From: Macrostomum lignano
Taxonomy: Eukaryota
Assembly: GCA_002269645.1 (NCBI GenBank)
Contig: NIVC01000006.1
Span: 1-64,000, forward strand
DNA length: 64,000 bases
Direction: 5' to 3'
Every line of letters begins with the position of its first letter. Position 1 is the stretch's first letter. The notes under the pieces were generated by a model, which had not been told where the DNA came from, searched no databases, and saw only the letters and a program-made list of their open reading frames with translations. Position numbers and translations under genes: made by a program. This document shows, one piece after another, positions 12,704 to 23,500 of the stretch.

Positions 12704-15700
12704 TCAAAGAATTTCGCATCTGCGCTTTTTCGGCTTCTTGCTGCGTCCGCCGCCGTTTCCGGTGACGGCCGATTGCTGCTTCCGGTGATGAATCTCGGTC
12801 AGCAGGTCGTAGAAAGCCTTGGTTACAATTCGATTAATAGAAGAAGGTTGAGAAAATTTATATTGCATTTTCAACAAACCGACAATGCGTGAAAATTTAG
12901 ATTGCGAATCAAAATTGACTGCTAGGCCTTTATCACTACTAACGGTAGTGCTATTTGAAAAGCTATTTAGACTAAATTTTCGGGTTGAATAATTTTTTTC
13001 TAAAATCATGTAATTGAATTTGAAATACGTAATCTCACTGTGCATGCAATTTAAGTTTGCGAAGCTATACAAAAATCAATTCTCTGAAATTTGATTGCAG
13101 AGTTTCCACCGTGAAGAGGGAAGAGGGAAGGTGTGGAAGGAGATGAAGGGGGCTTGAAGGGGATTTGGGAGAAACGGGTGAGGGAGGGCGTCAGGCGATG
13201 AGGGTGAAAGATGAGGGAAGGTAGGAGGGTATGCGGGAGGGGATGATGAGGGGTGAGGGAGAGTAGGAGGGTAGAGGCAGAGGATGAGGGAGGGTAGAGG
13301 GAAGGGATAAGAGAGGGTAGAGGGAGGGGATAAGGAGGGTAGAGGCAGAGGATGAGGGAGGGTAGAGGGAAGGGATAAGAGAGGGTAGAGGGAGGGGATA
13401 AGGAGGGTAGAGGCAGAGGATGAAGGAGGGTAGAGGGAAGGGATAAGAGAGGGTAGAGGGAGGGGATAAGGAGGGTAGAGGCAGAGGATGAAGGAGGGTA
13501 GAGGGAAGGGATAAGAGAGGGTAGAGGGAGGGGATAAGGAGGGTAGAGGCAGAGGATGAGGGAGGGTAGAGGGAAGGGATAAGAGAGGGTAGAGGGAGGG
13601 GATAAGGAGGGTAGAGGGAAGGTAGAGGCAGGGTATGAGGGAGGGGATGATGAAGGGTGAGGGAGGGTAGGAGGGTAGAGGCAAGGGATGAGGGAAGGTA
13701 GAGGGAGGGGATAAGAGAGGGTAGAGGCAAGGGATGAGGGAAGGTAGAGGGAGGGGATAAGAGAGGGTAGAGGCAAGGGATGAGGGAAGGTAGAGGGAGG
13801 GGATAAGAGAGGGTAGAGGAAGTGCAAGAGGGAGAATAAATGAGAGAGAAAGAGATAAACAGGTACAGAAGGAAAATAGATGGGGCGAAAACAATGTATG
13901 ACGGATGAAGAACTAATAAATATCACTATTAAGAGCGATTGCTTCTTAACTACTGATTGATTCTGTAGTCATCAGTCTGGCAGACAATATGATAATAATA
14001 TGAATTTATTGCGCCAGCAAACAGCTCTCGAATCAAAATGTATAATACAATAGCTGTTTGCTAAGCTGGCTATAGTACTGTAACAAAATAGACTATTGTC
14101 GGAGTGAGAGAGTGTGCGTAGGCTGCGCTCAAAGCAGGCTGCAGCAGCATTTGGCAGACGAGCCGCCACCCTGCAGAGCAGCCATGCCAGACTGCTGCCT
14201 GTTCAGCTGCGGCCGGCCGCGCTTGTGGTCCAGCACGGAGCGGATCAGGCCGAAGAAGGCCTTCGTTGTGTTGCGTGTAATTAATTTTATTGTTTTGCGT
14301 TGCGCGTTACATTTTTACAAAATAAAATGCTTGCACTGCCACTAATGAGTAGGAATATTCGGACATCACCTACCAATGTTGATAAATAATAATAAATGGA
14401 CAAAAATCATTACACTGTCTCGGGGTCATGAGACTGTCGGGGAGTGATGAGATTTGCCTGAGAGTGATGAGATTGTCTGGGAGTGATGAGATTTGTCTCG
14501 GAGTGATGAGATTTGCCTGAGAGTGATGAGACTGTCTGGGAGTGATGAGATTTGTGTGGGAGTGATGAGACTGTCTGGGAGTGATCAGATTTGTGTGGGA
14601 GTGATGAGACTGTCTGGGAGTGCGGAGACTTCCGAGACTGTCGGAGTGACGAGACTGTCGGAGTGACGAGACTGTCGGAGTGACGAGACTGTCTGGGAGT
14701 GCGGAGACTGTCGGAGTGACGCGAATGACGAGAACAAAGATGAGCGGCCCATCTAAAAGCGCAATCAATGGCTCACCTTGTCGACATTCTCTCTAGTTTT
14801 GGCTGAGGTTTCCAGGTAGGGGATTCGCCAGGCTTCGGCCCGGGCCTCGGCCTCCCTGGATTGCACCTGCCGGCCGTCGGTGAGGTCGCTCTTGTTGCCA
14901 ACCAGCAGCATGGGGATGGACTCGTCGCCTTTTACTCGGATGATCTGCTCTCTGCGCGATGGATGCAGTGAGGAGGGAGTAAATTAAATAAGCTTTGCCT
15001 GGGAGGGTGGCTGGAAGGTAAGGAGTGTTCGGGAGGGTAAGGAGTGTTCAGGAGGGTAAGGAGAGTGTCCGGGAGGGTAAGGAGGGTTCGGGAGGGTAAG
15101 GAGAGTGTCCGGGAGGGTAAGGAGAGTTCGGGAGGGTAAGGAGAGTTCGGGAGGGTAAGGAGGGTTCGGGAGGGTAAGGAGAGTGTCCGGGAGGGTAAGG
15201 AGAGTTCGGGAGGGTAAGGGAGAGTGTCCGGGAGTTAAGGAGAGTCCAGGAGGGTAAAGAGTGTCTGGGAGGGTAAAGCGTATCCGGGGGGGGTAAGGAG
15301 TATCCGGGGGGTAAGGAGTATCCGGGAGGATAGTGTCTAGGAGGGTAAGGAGTGAGAGAGCGGGCACTGCACAGGAATAGAAATCGATGGCCCCAGAGAC
15401 GCGAATTGACCTTACCTGAACTCATTAGTGGCGGCAAAGGACTCAGGATCGGTGAGCGAGAACACGCATAGGAAGCCCTCTCCGCCGCGGAAATAATTGT
15501 CCCGAATGCTGGCATAGTCCTCCTGGCCAGCCGTGTCCAGGATGTCAATGTGCACCTCGGTGCCCTCCAGGGTGACCTTCTTTCGATACATATCGGCTTT
15601 GGTTGGCTCGTAGTCTTCAACGAACTGGGCGCGGTTGAGACGGAGTTTGACAGAAATTGGCCTAACTATTCGTACATATAGCAATGAATGATGCTCAAGT

Positions 15701-16473
15701 AGTGCCACAAGTGCATGAGTAACTACCCTAAAAGTATCAGATTGTATGATAGCATGCAGATTGCTTAGCAGGAGTGATCTTCTAAAGAGTGGGCAGAGTG
15801 ACTAGGAGAGTGGGTAGAGTGACTAGGAGAGTGGGTAGAGTGACTAGGAGAGTGGGTAGAGTGACTAGGAGAGTGGGTAGAGTGACTAGGAGAGTGGGTA
15901 GAGTGACTAGGAGAGTGGGTAGTGTCTAGAAGTGGGTAGAGTGACTAGGAGAGTGGGTAGAGTGACAAGGAGAGTGGGTAGAGTGACTAGGAGAGTGGGT
16001 AGCTTCTAGAGAGTGGGTAGAGTGACAAGGAGAGTGGGTAGAGTGACTAGGAGAGTGGGTAGCTTCTAGAGAGTGGGTAGAGTGACTTGGGGAGTGGGTC
16101 GAGTACTCGGGAGAGTGGGCAGAATGCCCGGGGGATTGGGTAGAGTTCCCGGAAGAGTGAGTAGAGTGCCCGGGAATGGGTAGAGTGACTAGAAGAGTGG
16201 GTAGAGTGCCCTAGAAAATAAATATAGTGGCTAGTTATAAATAAGTAATCTACGAGAATTTAGGACGAGATTACGGGGAGTCTGGAAGACAGCTAGAGCG
16301 GACAGTGATAATGTACATGCACAAAATTGCAACTTCAGCAGGCCGACCGTAACGCTCACCTCGTCGTACATGAACTGCAGCGTAAGGGCGCTTTTACCAA
16401 CGGCGCCGCTGCCAACCATAATGATTTTGTGCACAGGCTGCGATGAGCTGGTCCCACTCTTCTGCTTGGACAT
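12704..16473 (-). CDS. RAL: Ral GTPase; exons 16473-16360, 15624-15416, 14951-14777, then distal last exon 12817-12704 (ends [11 protein letters not shown], 203 aa)
   Basis: [24 protein letters not shown]|[11 protein letters not shown] (Ral-specific effector loop), [24 protein letters not shown] and a CAAX end. Coding exon sizes 114/209/175 nt match the exon structure I recall for vertebrate RALA. Confidence 0.95.
13110..13860. repeat. Polypurine higher-order repeat between the two Ral last exons
   Basis: GGGTAGAGGGAGGGGATAAG / GGCAGAGGATGAGGGAG units, nearly pure purine on the + strand. Confidence 0.9.
14129..14260 (-). CDS. RAL: Alternative proximal last exon of Ral ([43 protein letters not shown], 209-aa isoform)
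   Basis: Phase-0 AAG acceptor at 14261-14263. Helix-5 start AFFGL parallels AFYDL of the distal exon. Ends in CAAX then TGA; AATAAA on the minus strand at 14005-14010. Confidence 0.8.
   Translation of the reverse strand, partial: AFFGLIRSVLDHKRGRPQLNRQQSGMAALQGGGSSAKCCCSLL
14420..15360. repeat. Two G-rich minisatellites in Ral introns (14420-14720 and 15000-15360)
   Basis: GAGTGATGAGATTTGTCTGG and CGGGAGGGTAAGGAGAG units. Confidence 0.9.
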
Positions 16474-17420
16474 GATTTCTTACTACTTACAGTACTAGAT
16501 AACGATTAAGACTATACCTGGCTTGTGATGTAATTAAATTTGCAATTAGTGCGCAAACTGAGTGTGGCGTGGCAGCTGAAATAAAATAAATTTGTGGCGT
16601 AAGTTTATAATTACCGATTAAATACATATACAGGTACTACTATGAGTAAAGTAAATTCCAACCCTCTAATCTGGAATTCGCGCACATTTCGCGGGTACTT
16701 CACAGGTGGAGTCCCTATTAGAGTGGGTAGAGTTTTCTATGAGTGTGGTAGAGTACATGGGAGTGGGTAGAGTCCAAAGGAGAGTGAGTAGAGTCCTTAG
16801 GAGAGTGGGTAGAGCCACTAGGAGGGTGAGTAGAGTCCTTGGGAGCGTGGGTAGAGCCCCTAGGAGGGTGAGTAGAGTCCCTAGGAGAGTGGGTAGAGTC
16901 CCTAGGAGAGTGGGTAGAGTCCCTAGGAGAGTGAGTAGAGTCCCTAGGAGAGTGGGTAGAGTCCCTAGGAGAGTGGGTAGAGTCCCTAGGAGAGTGGGTA
17001 GAGTCTATAGGAGAGTGAGTAGAGTCCCTAGGAGAGTGGGTAGAGTCCCTAGGAGAGTGAGTAGAGTCCCTAGGAGAGTGGGTAGAGTCTATACCGGTAG
17101 GAGAGTGAGTAGAGTCCCTAGGAGAGTGGGTAGAGTCCCTAGGAGAGTGGGTAGAGTCTATAGGAGAGTGAGTAGAGTCCCTAGGAGAGTGGGTAGAGTC
17201 TATAGGAGAGTGAATAGTCCCTAGGAGGGTGAGTAGAGTCCCTAGGAGAGTGGGTAGAGTCTATAGGAGAGTGAGTAGTCCTTAGGAGAGTGAGTAGAGT
17301 CCCTAGAAGAGTGAGTAGTCCCTAGGAGAGTGAGTAGAGTCCCTAGAAGAGTGAGTAGTCCGTAGGAGAGTGAGTAGAGTCCCTAGGAGTGTTTAGTCCC
17401 TAAGAGTGGGGTTAGAGAGT
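15790..17420. repeat. 21-bp GAGAGTGGGTAGAGT(GA/CC)CTAG family in two arrays (15790-16220 in Ral intron 1; 16710-17420 upstream of Ral)
   Basis: Same unit family and orientation on both sides of Ral exon 1. Confidence 0.9.
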
Positions 17421-17877
17421 GGGCGCCAAAGTACTAGGGCTCGATTCCTGGGCGTCAGCTGTACACTACTCTTTTATAGACGTTAATCAAACAAATAAAA
17501 GACAGGCAGCCCAAGAATTCAATCCAAGAAAAAGGCGAGAACAGCAACAGCCAATTCGGACGCACACGGAGAGACGGCACAATTAAGCGATGAAGTTAAT
17601 CTCGCGAATTGCGCTCTCTGCGTGTGCGCTTGAATCATCATCACTTGACCAGCAGTTCTGCATCAATGAGCATCATTGCTTTATTAAATTTATATATAGT
17701 TACTAAACTAATCTGGTTAACAAAGTCACAGGGAAGTATAGGCTCGAAATTGGGATAAAGTGAGTCATAGAAGCATAGCAGAGAGAAAAAATTCAGGCGT
17801 TACACATGCAGTTTGAATATTTTTACTATCATCATTTTATCGTGTGTAAGAAACCGTGCTTGCTTATGATTAGAAGT

Positions 17878-19073
17878 TCACTTCTTCTTGGCGGTGAGAC
17901 CTGCGCCAGCGTTGAACTTAAGAAGATAATATCCCCGTCCTGCACCACATAGTCCCTGCCCTTCTGCTTGTATTTGCCTTTGGCTTTCACCTCGCTCTCC
18001 GAGCCGCACTCTTTATAATCTTCGAAGCTCATAACCTCGGCCATGATGAAGCCATTCTCCATGTCGGAGTGAATCTTGCCGGCAGCCTGAGGCGCTTTAG
18101 TATTTAGCGGAATTGTCCAAGCTTTCACTTCGTCTTTGCCGGCGGTGAAAAAGTACTGCAGCTGCAGAGCCTTGTAGCCGGTTGAGATGATTTTGCCCAG
18201 AGCCGAGCTCACCCCGTGCTCCTTAGAGAACTCAGCCCTCTGCTCATCGGTCATGTCCGCCCATTTAAACTCCAGCTCAGCGGACAGCGGGATCACTGCG
18301 GCTCCCGGATCGTGCTGGTCAATCCACTCCTTGATCTTTGGCAACCATTTGTTCTTCTTCCGAATGAAGTCCTTCTCGCTCAGGTTAACCAGGTACACGA
18401 TTGGCTTAGCGGTGATGAACAGGTGCTCGTTGAGCAAATCGATTTCTTTGTCATTCCACTGCTCGAACCGAAGCGACCGTTTCTCCTCGACAACGATCCG
18501 GTGCACCTTCTGGAAGGCTTCAAACAGCGCCGTTTTGGACTTGTCGCCGCCGCGGGTGACCACCTTCTCCAGCTTCTCAAACTCCTTCACAATGTAGGCC
18601 TCATCTTTCAGCCGGAGCTCCTCGGAGATGATTTCAAGATCGCGGATGGGATCTACTTCGCCTTCAATGTGGGTGACCTCCTGGCAGTCGAATGCGCGCA
18701 CCATGTGGAACAGCGCGTCAACGCCGCGGATATTGCTAAGGAAAGCGTTGCCAAGGCCCTGGCCTTCGCTGGCGCCTTTAACTAGGCCTGCAATGTCCCA
18801 GACATTGAGATAGGCGGGCACCCTGCTGGCAGGCTTCCAGTGCTCGCACAGCCATTCCCACCTGTCGTCTGGCACAGCCACCCGGCTCTCGTGCGGATCA
18901 ATAGTGCAAAATGGGAAATTCTCGGCCGGAGCCGAGCTCTTCGTCAGCACGTTGAAGAATGTACTTTTGCCAACGTTGGGCAGGCCGACAATGCCGATCT
19001 TGAGGTTGCTGCCCATCCGGCCAATGATTGGCGGGTTTTTCGGCTCATCTGCTCCCTTCTTCTTTGGCGGCAT
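17878..19073 (-). CDS. OLA1: Obg-like ATPase 1 (YchF family), intronless, about 398 aa after correcting a 1-nt deletion near 17921
   Basis: [45 protein letters not shown] and a TGS domain with YVVQDGDII. Restoring one base gives the expected [15 protein letters not shown] end. AATAAA at 17680-17685. Confidence 0.95.
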
Positions 19074-19289
19074 TCTGCTGTATCAGGCAGATTTACTCTC
19101 GAGTTCTGGCTGGCTGTCTAGTCTGTCTCACTCGCTAACTCTGAACTGGACCTGCTGCTGCCTGACCTGCTTAGGCGCTGAAAAAGTTCAATCCGTACTT
19201 TTATTTTGTTGAATTCAATTTTAATGCTCTTAAGACTAAAATAGCAACGCAAAGCCAGTCGGAGAATATGGAAAGGTGGCAAAGAACCA

Positions 19290-19890
19290 GCAACTGAGGA
19301 TCTGGGAGGCTGGCCCAGCAACTGAGAATCTGAGAGGCTGGCACAGCAACTGAGAATCTAGGAGGCTGGCACAGCAACTGACACTCTAGGAGGCTGGCCC
19401 AACAACTGGGGATCTGGGAGGCTGGCCCAGCATGTAAAGATCTGGGAGGCTGGCCCAGCATGTAAAGATCTGGGAGGCTGGCCCAGCATGTAAAGATCTG
19501 GGAGGCTGGCCCAGCATGTAAAGATCTGGGAGGCTGGCCCAGCATGTAAAGATCTGGGAGGCTGGCCCAGCATGTAAAGATCTGGGAGGCTGGCCCAGCA
19601 TGTAAAGATCTGGGAGGCTGGCCCAGCATGTAAAGATCTGGGAGGCTGGCCCAGCATGTAAAGATCTGGGAGGCTGGTCCAGCAACTGAGGATCTGGGAG
19701 GCTGGCCCAGAAACTGAGGATCTGGGAGGCTGGCCTAGCAACTGACACTCTGGGAGGCTGGCCCAGCAACTGGGGATCTGGGAGGCTGGCCCAGCAACTA
19801 AGAATCTGGCCCAGCAACTGACACTCTGGGAGGCTGGCCCAGCAACTGGGAATCTGGCCCAGCAACTGAGGGGATCTGGGAGGCTGGCGG
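19290..19890. repeat. 28-bp minisatellite, GGCTGGCCCAGCA..GATCTGGGA family
   Basis: GGAGGCTGGCCCAGCATGTAAAGATCTG and AACTGAG variants. Confidence 0.95.
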
Positions 19891-20509
19891 ATTCTAATAC
19901 TGTCACTCTGTCATGTCTATTCCTTTCAATCGTTAGATACAAAGCAGAAACTACGAGCAGAAATATTTGATTACAAACAGCAATTTTAATCAGACAGTTT
20001 ATTATCCATTACACCAATTACTTGGATGATTCTTAGTTACAAAGATTATGAAAGCTATGATAAGGTACCGGGTATATTAATGAAAGGAAGAGTAAGTATG
20101 TGATTACATCTAGCGACGCCTGCTGATAGGTGGACAGAGACAAAACAGGCGAATACAGCAAAACTATACTCAAAGAAACTAATTGTCTCAGAGCACCAAA
20201 GTGTCTCGGACGTCACCAATGTTTAAATTAATTTTGGCAACAATTTGATTGGGAGTGAACAAATATAAAGCACACCCAAACATGGCTACTAATCTAGTAG
20301 TAAGCAGCGAGTTTAAAACACACATTACAGAAAAAACTTGAATATTACAAAGAAATGCCTTACAGAAGCAGTTTTGTGAATTTTGAATTTTTATAATTGA
20401 ACGCATATGAATTGGGCTTCAACACACGAAAAACTTTGAGCAACAATTTATCGAATAGAAACTGAACAGCAACAAGAGGAACGAGAACGCGCAGGCATCC
20501 GTATCGGGA

Positions 20510-23500
20510 TCAGGACCAATCTTCATCCGACAGCCAGTTCAATTGGATGGCGTCCTGGCACAGGCTTGGCGGGTAGGTTTGGTATTGCAGCTCGCTTGAT
20601 GGGTCCGCGTCTGCCAACGATCAATACTAATGAGCTAATAGCATGTCGCCTGGATGACACCATCCTGTTTCCTGTCTGCACCTGCTGCTTCCTGTCTGAC
20701 ACCATCCTGTTTCTTGTCTGCACCTTCTGCTTCCTGTCTGACACCATCCTGTTTCCTGTCTGCACCTTCTGCTTCCTGTCTGTCACCTGCTGTTTCCTGT
20801 CTGTCACCTGCTGTTTCCTGTCTGCCACCTGCTGTATCCTGTCTGCCTCCTGCTGTATCCTGTCTGCCTCCTGCTGTATCCTGTCTGTCACCTGCTGTTT
20901 CCCGTCTGCCACCTGCTGCTTCCTGTCTGTCACCTGCTGTTTCCTGTCTGTCACCTGCTGTTTCCTGTCTGTCACCTGCTGTTTCCTGTCTGTCACCTGC
21001 TGTTTCCTGTCTGTCACCTGCTGTTTCCTGTCTGTCACCTGCTGTTTCCTGTCTGTCACCTGCTGTTTCCTGTCTGCCAGCTGCTGTTTCCTGTCTGCCT
21101 CCTGCTGTTCTGTCTTCCACTTGCTGTTTCCTGTCTACCATTATGCTTTTTCCTGTCTGCCACCTGCTGTTTCCTGTCTGTCACCTGCTATTTCCTGTCT
21201 ACCATTATGCTGTTTCCTGTCTGCCAGCTGCTGTTTCCTGTCTGCCTCCTGCTGTTCTGTCTTCCACTTGCTGTTTCCTGTCTACCATTATGCTTTTTCC
21301 TGTCTGCCACCTGCTGTTTCCTGTCTGTCACCTGCTGTTTCCTGTCTACCATTATGCTGTTTCCTGTCTGCCAGCTGCTGTTTCCTGTCTGCCATTATGC
21401 TGTTTCCTGTCTGTCACCTGCTGTTTCCTGTCTACCATTATGCTGTTCCCTGTCTGCCACCTGCTGTTCCCTGTCTGCCACCTGCTGTTTCCTGTCTGCC
21501 TCCTGTAGTTTCCAATACATTCTAATTTTACGACTATCCTGATCCAACTGTTTCCACAGTGTAAATATACTTCAGGCAAATCATTACCGTCAGAGTAGAA
21601 CGGCACCGAGGTCGACTTGAAATTGCCGCCGCCGCCGCCGCCGTCGTCGTACCTGGCCAGCAGCTGGCCGACTGTCGCCGTCTCGCAGCCGAACTCCGCC
21701 AGCCGGTGCCGCAGCTCGCCGCCAGCCTCAGCCTCGCCGCTGCAATCGTCCGGCACAAGCAGAAGAAATTCGCGGTGCCGGCAGCGCAGGCGGGTCTGCA
21801 ATTCGGCGAGGCCGTCAACGCAGCCGAGCAGCCCGGCGCCGCCGGAGCCGCCTTCGCCAGGCAGCAGCGAGTCGACGGCCCAGCGGCTGGCCTCCAGCAT
21901 CTCCAGACAGGCGGCCAGGCGCTGCCGCTCCGATTTGGCTTTCAACGAAGCGGCCACGGATGCCCCGGCGGCTTCAGTCGCGGCATCTCGCAAACGGCGA
22001 AGGTCGCGAGCTCGAATCCCGATTGGCCAGCGGCTGTCGCGGCGGCCTGCGGCGGCTAACAGGCGGGTCAGGGTGTCCGGCTGGTAGCGCAGCGGGTCGC
22101 CAAGCAGCAGGCAGGGACCGCCGGTGACGGGGAAAATTGGTTGGAGAGATGAGGCCAGCGATGAGGCTGAGCTGGAGGCTGGGGAAGTGGGAATAAACAA
22201 TATGGATGTGGCAATCATAAATGTGTTCATTATAGCTTAGTCTCAACTGGGAAGCTGGGAGGCTGGCCCAGCAACTGGGGATCTGGGAGGCTGGCCCAGC
22301 TACTGAGGATCTGGGAGGCTGGCCCAGCAACTGAGGATCTGGGAGGCTGGCCCAGCAACTGAGGATCTGGGAGGCTGGCCCAGCAACTGAGGATCTGGGA
22401 GGCTGGCCCAGCAACTGAGGATCTGGGAGGCTGGCCCAGCAACTGAGGGGAGCTGAGAGGCTGGCCCAGCAACTGAGGATCTGGGAGGCTGGCACAGCAA
22501 CTGACACTCTGGGAGGCTGGCCTAGCAACTGACACTCTGGGAGGCTGGCCCAGCAACTGAGGGGAGCTGAGAGGCTGGCCCAGCAACTGAGGATCTGGGA
22601 GGCAGGCCCAGCAACTGACGCTTTGGGAGGCTGACCCTGAAATCGAAGATCTGGGAGGCTGGCCCAGCAACTGAGGATCTGGGAGGCTGGCCCAGCAACT
22701 GACACGCTGGGAGGCTGGCCCAGCAACTGAGGATCTGGGAGGCTGACCCTGAAACTGAGGATCTGGGAGGCTGGCCTAGCAACTAAGGATCAGGGAGGCT
22801 GGCCCAGCAACTGAGGATCAGGGAGGCTGGCCTAGCAACTAAGGATCAGGGAGGCTGGCCCAGCAACTGAGGATCTGGGAGGCTGGCCCAGCAACTGAGG
22901 ATCAGGGAGGCTGGCCTAGCTACTGAGGATCCCTATGAGCAGTCTCACCCGTAGCAGCGCAGGCAGCCGCCGCAGCCGCCCTGGCCTGCTCAAAAGCCAG
23001 AAATCGAACGTCGCGCCGTTTCCGAAGCTCCAGCAGGCCGGGCAGCTGCCAGGGCAACCTGTCCAGAGCGGAGGCGTGGGCGTACACCACGAGCTGCTGC
23101 TGCTGCTGCTGCTGCAGTTGCTGAATGCCATCCCGTCGGGGTCCACGGCACTGCAGCAGCAGGGAGGCGTGCAGCGGATCGCACTGCCGATGTCCGAGGC
23201 TGGTCAGGCGGCTGGCCAGATCTGCGCACTCCGCACTGTCCGAGATGCCGACCACGTGGAAGAATGGCGGCGGTGGAGGAGGAAGCGGAGGCGGCGGCGG
23301 CACAATGGACTGCTGCTGTGGCTGCAGTAGCGCAGATAGCAGAGAAGTAGGATAGTACTAATTAGATGACGAGACATTTAGCCTTAATAATACAGTCATA
23401 GTTACTCCTGCTGTTTACCACAAAACTGCGTTAATTTTTGCTGAGGTTTCTTTTATAGGTAGGTCGCATTTTTGGTAAAAAAAAGTAAGTTTAAGTTCCA

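Noticed and set aside
13051-13926. Long Pro/Leu/Ser ORFs, and similar ORFs at 5452, 16706, 19201, 20566, 21974, 29072, 51160, 52663 and 63345
   Set aside because: They are translations of stop-free minisatellites and periodic in every frame.
17832-17920. Extended OLA1 C-terminus [11 protein letters not shown].. in the ORF track
   Set aside because: Produced by a 1-nt deletion; the conserved KFNAGAG end lies in the adjacent frame.
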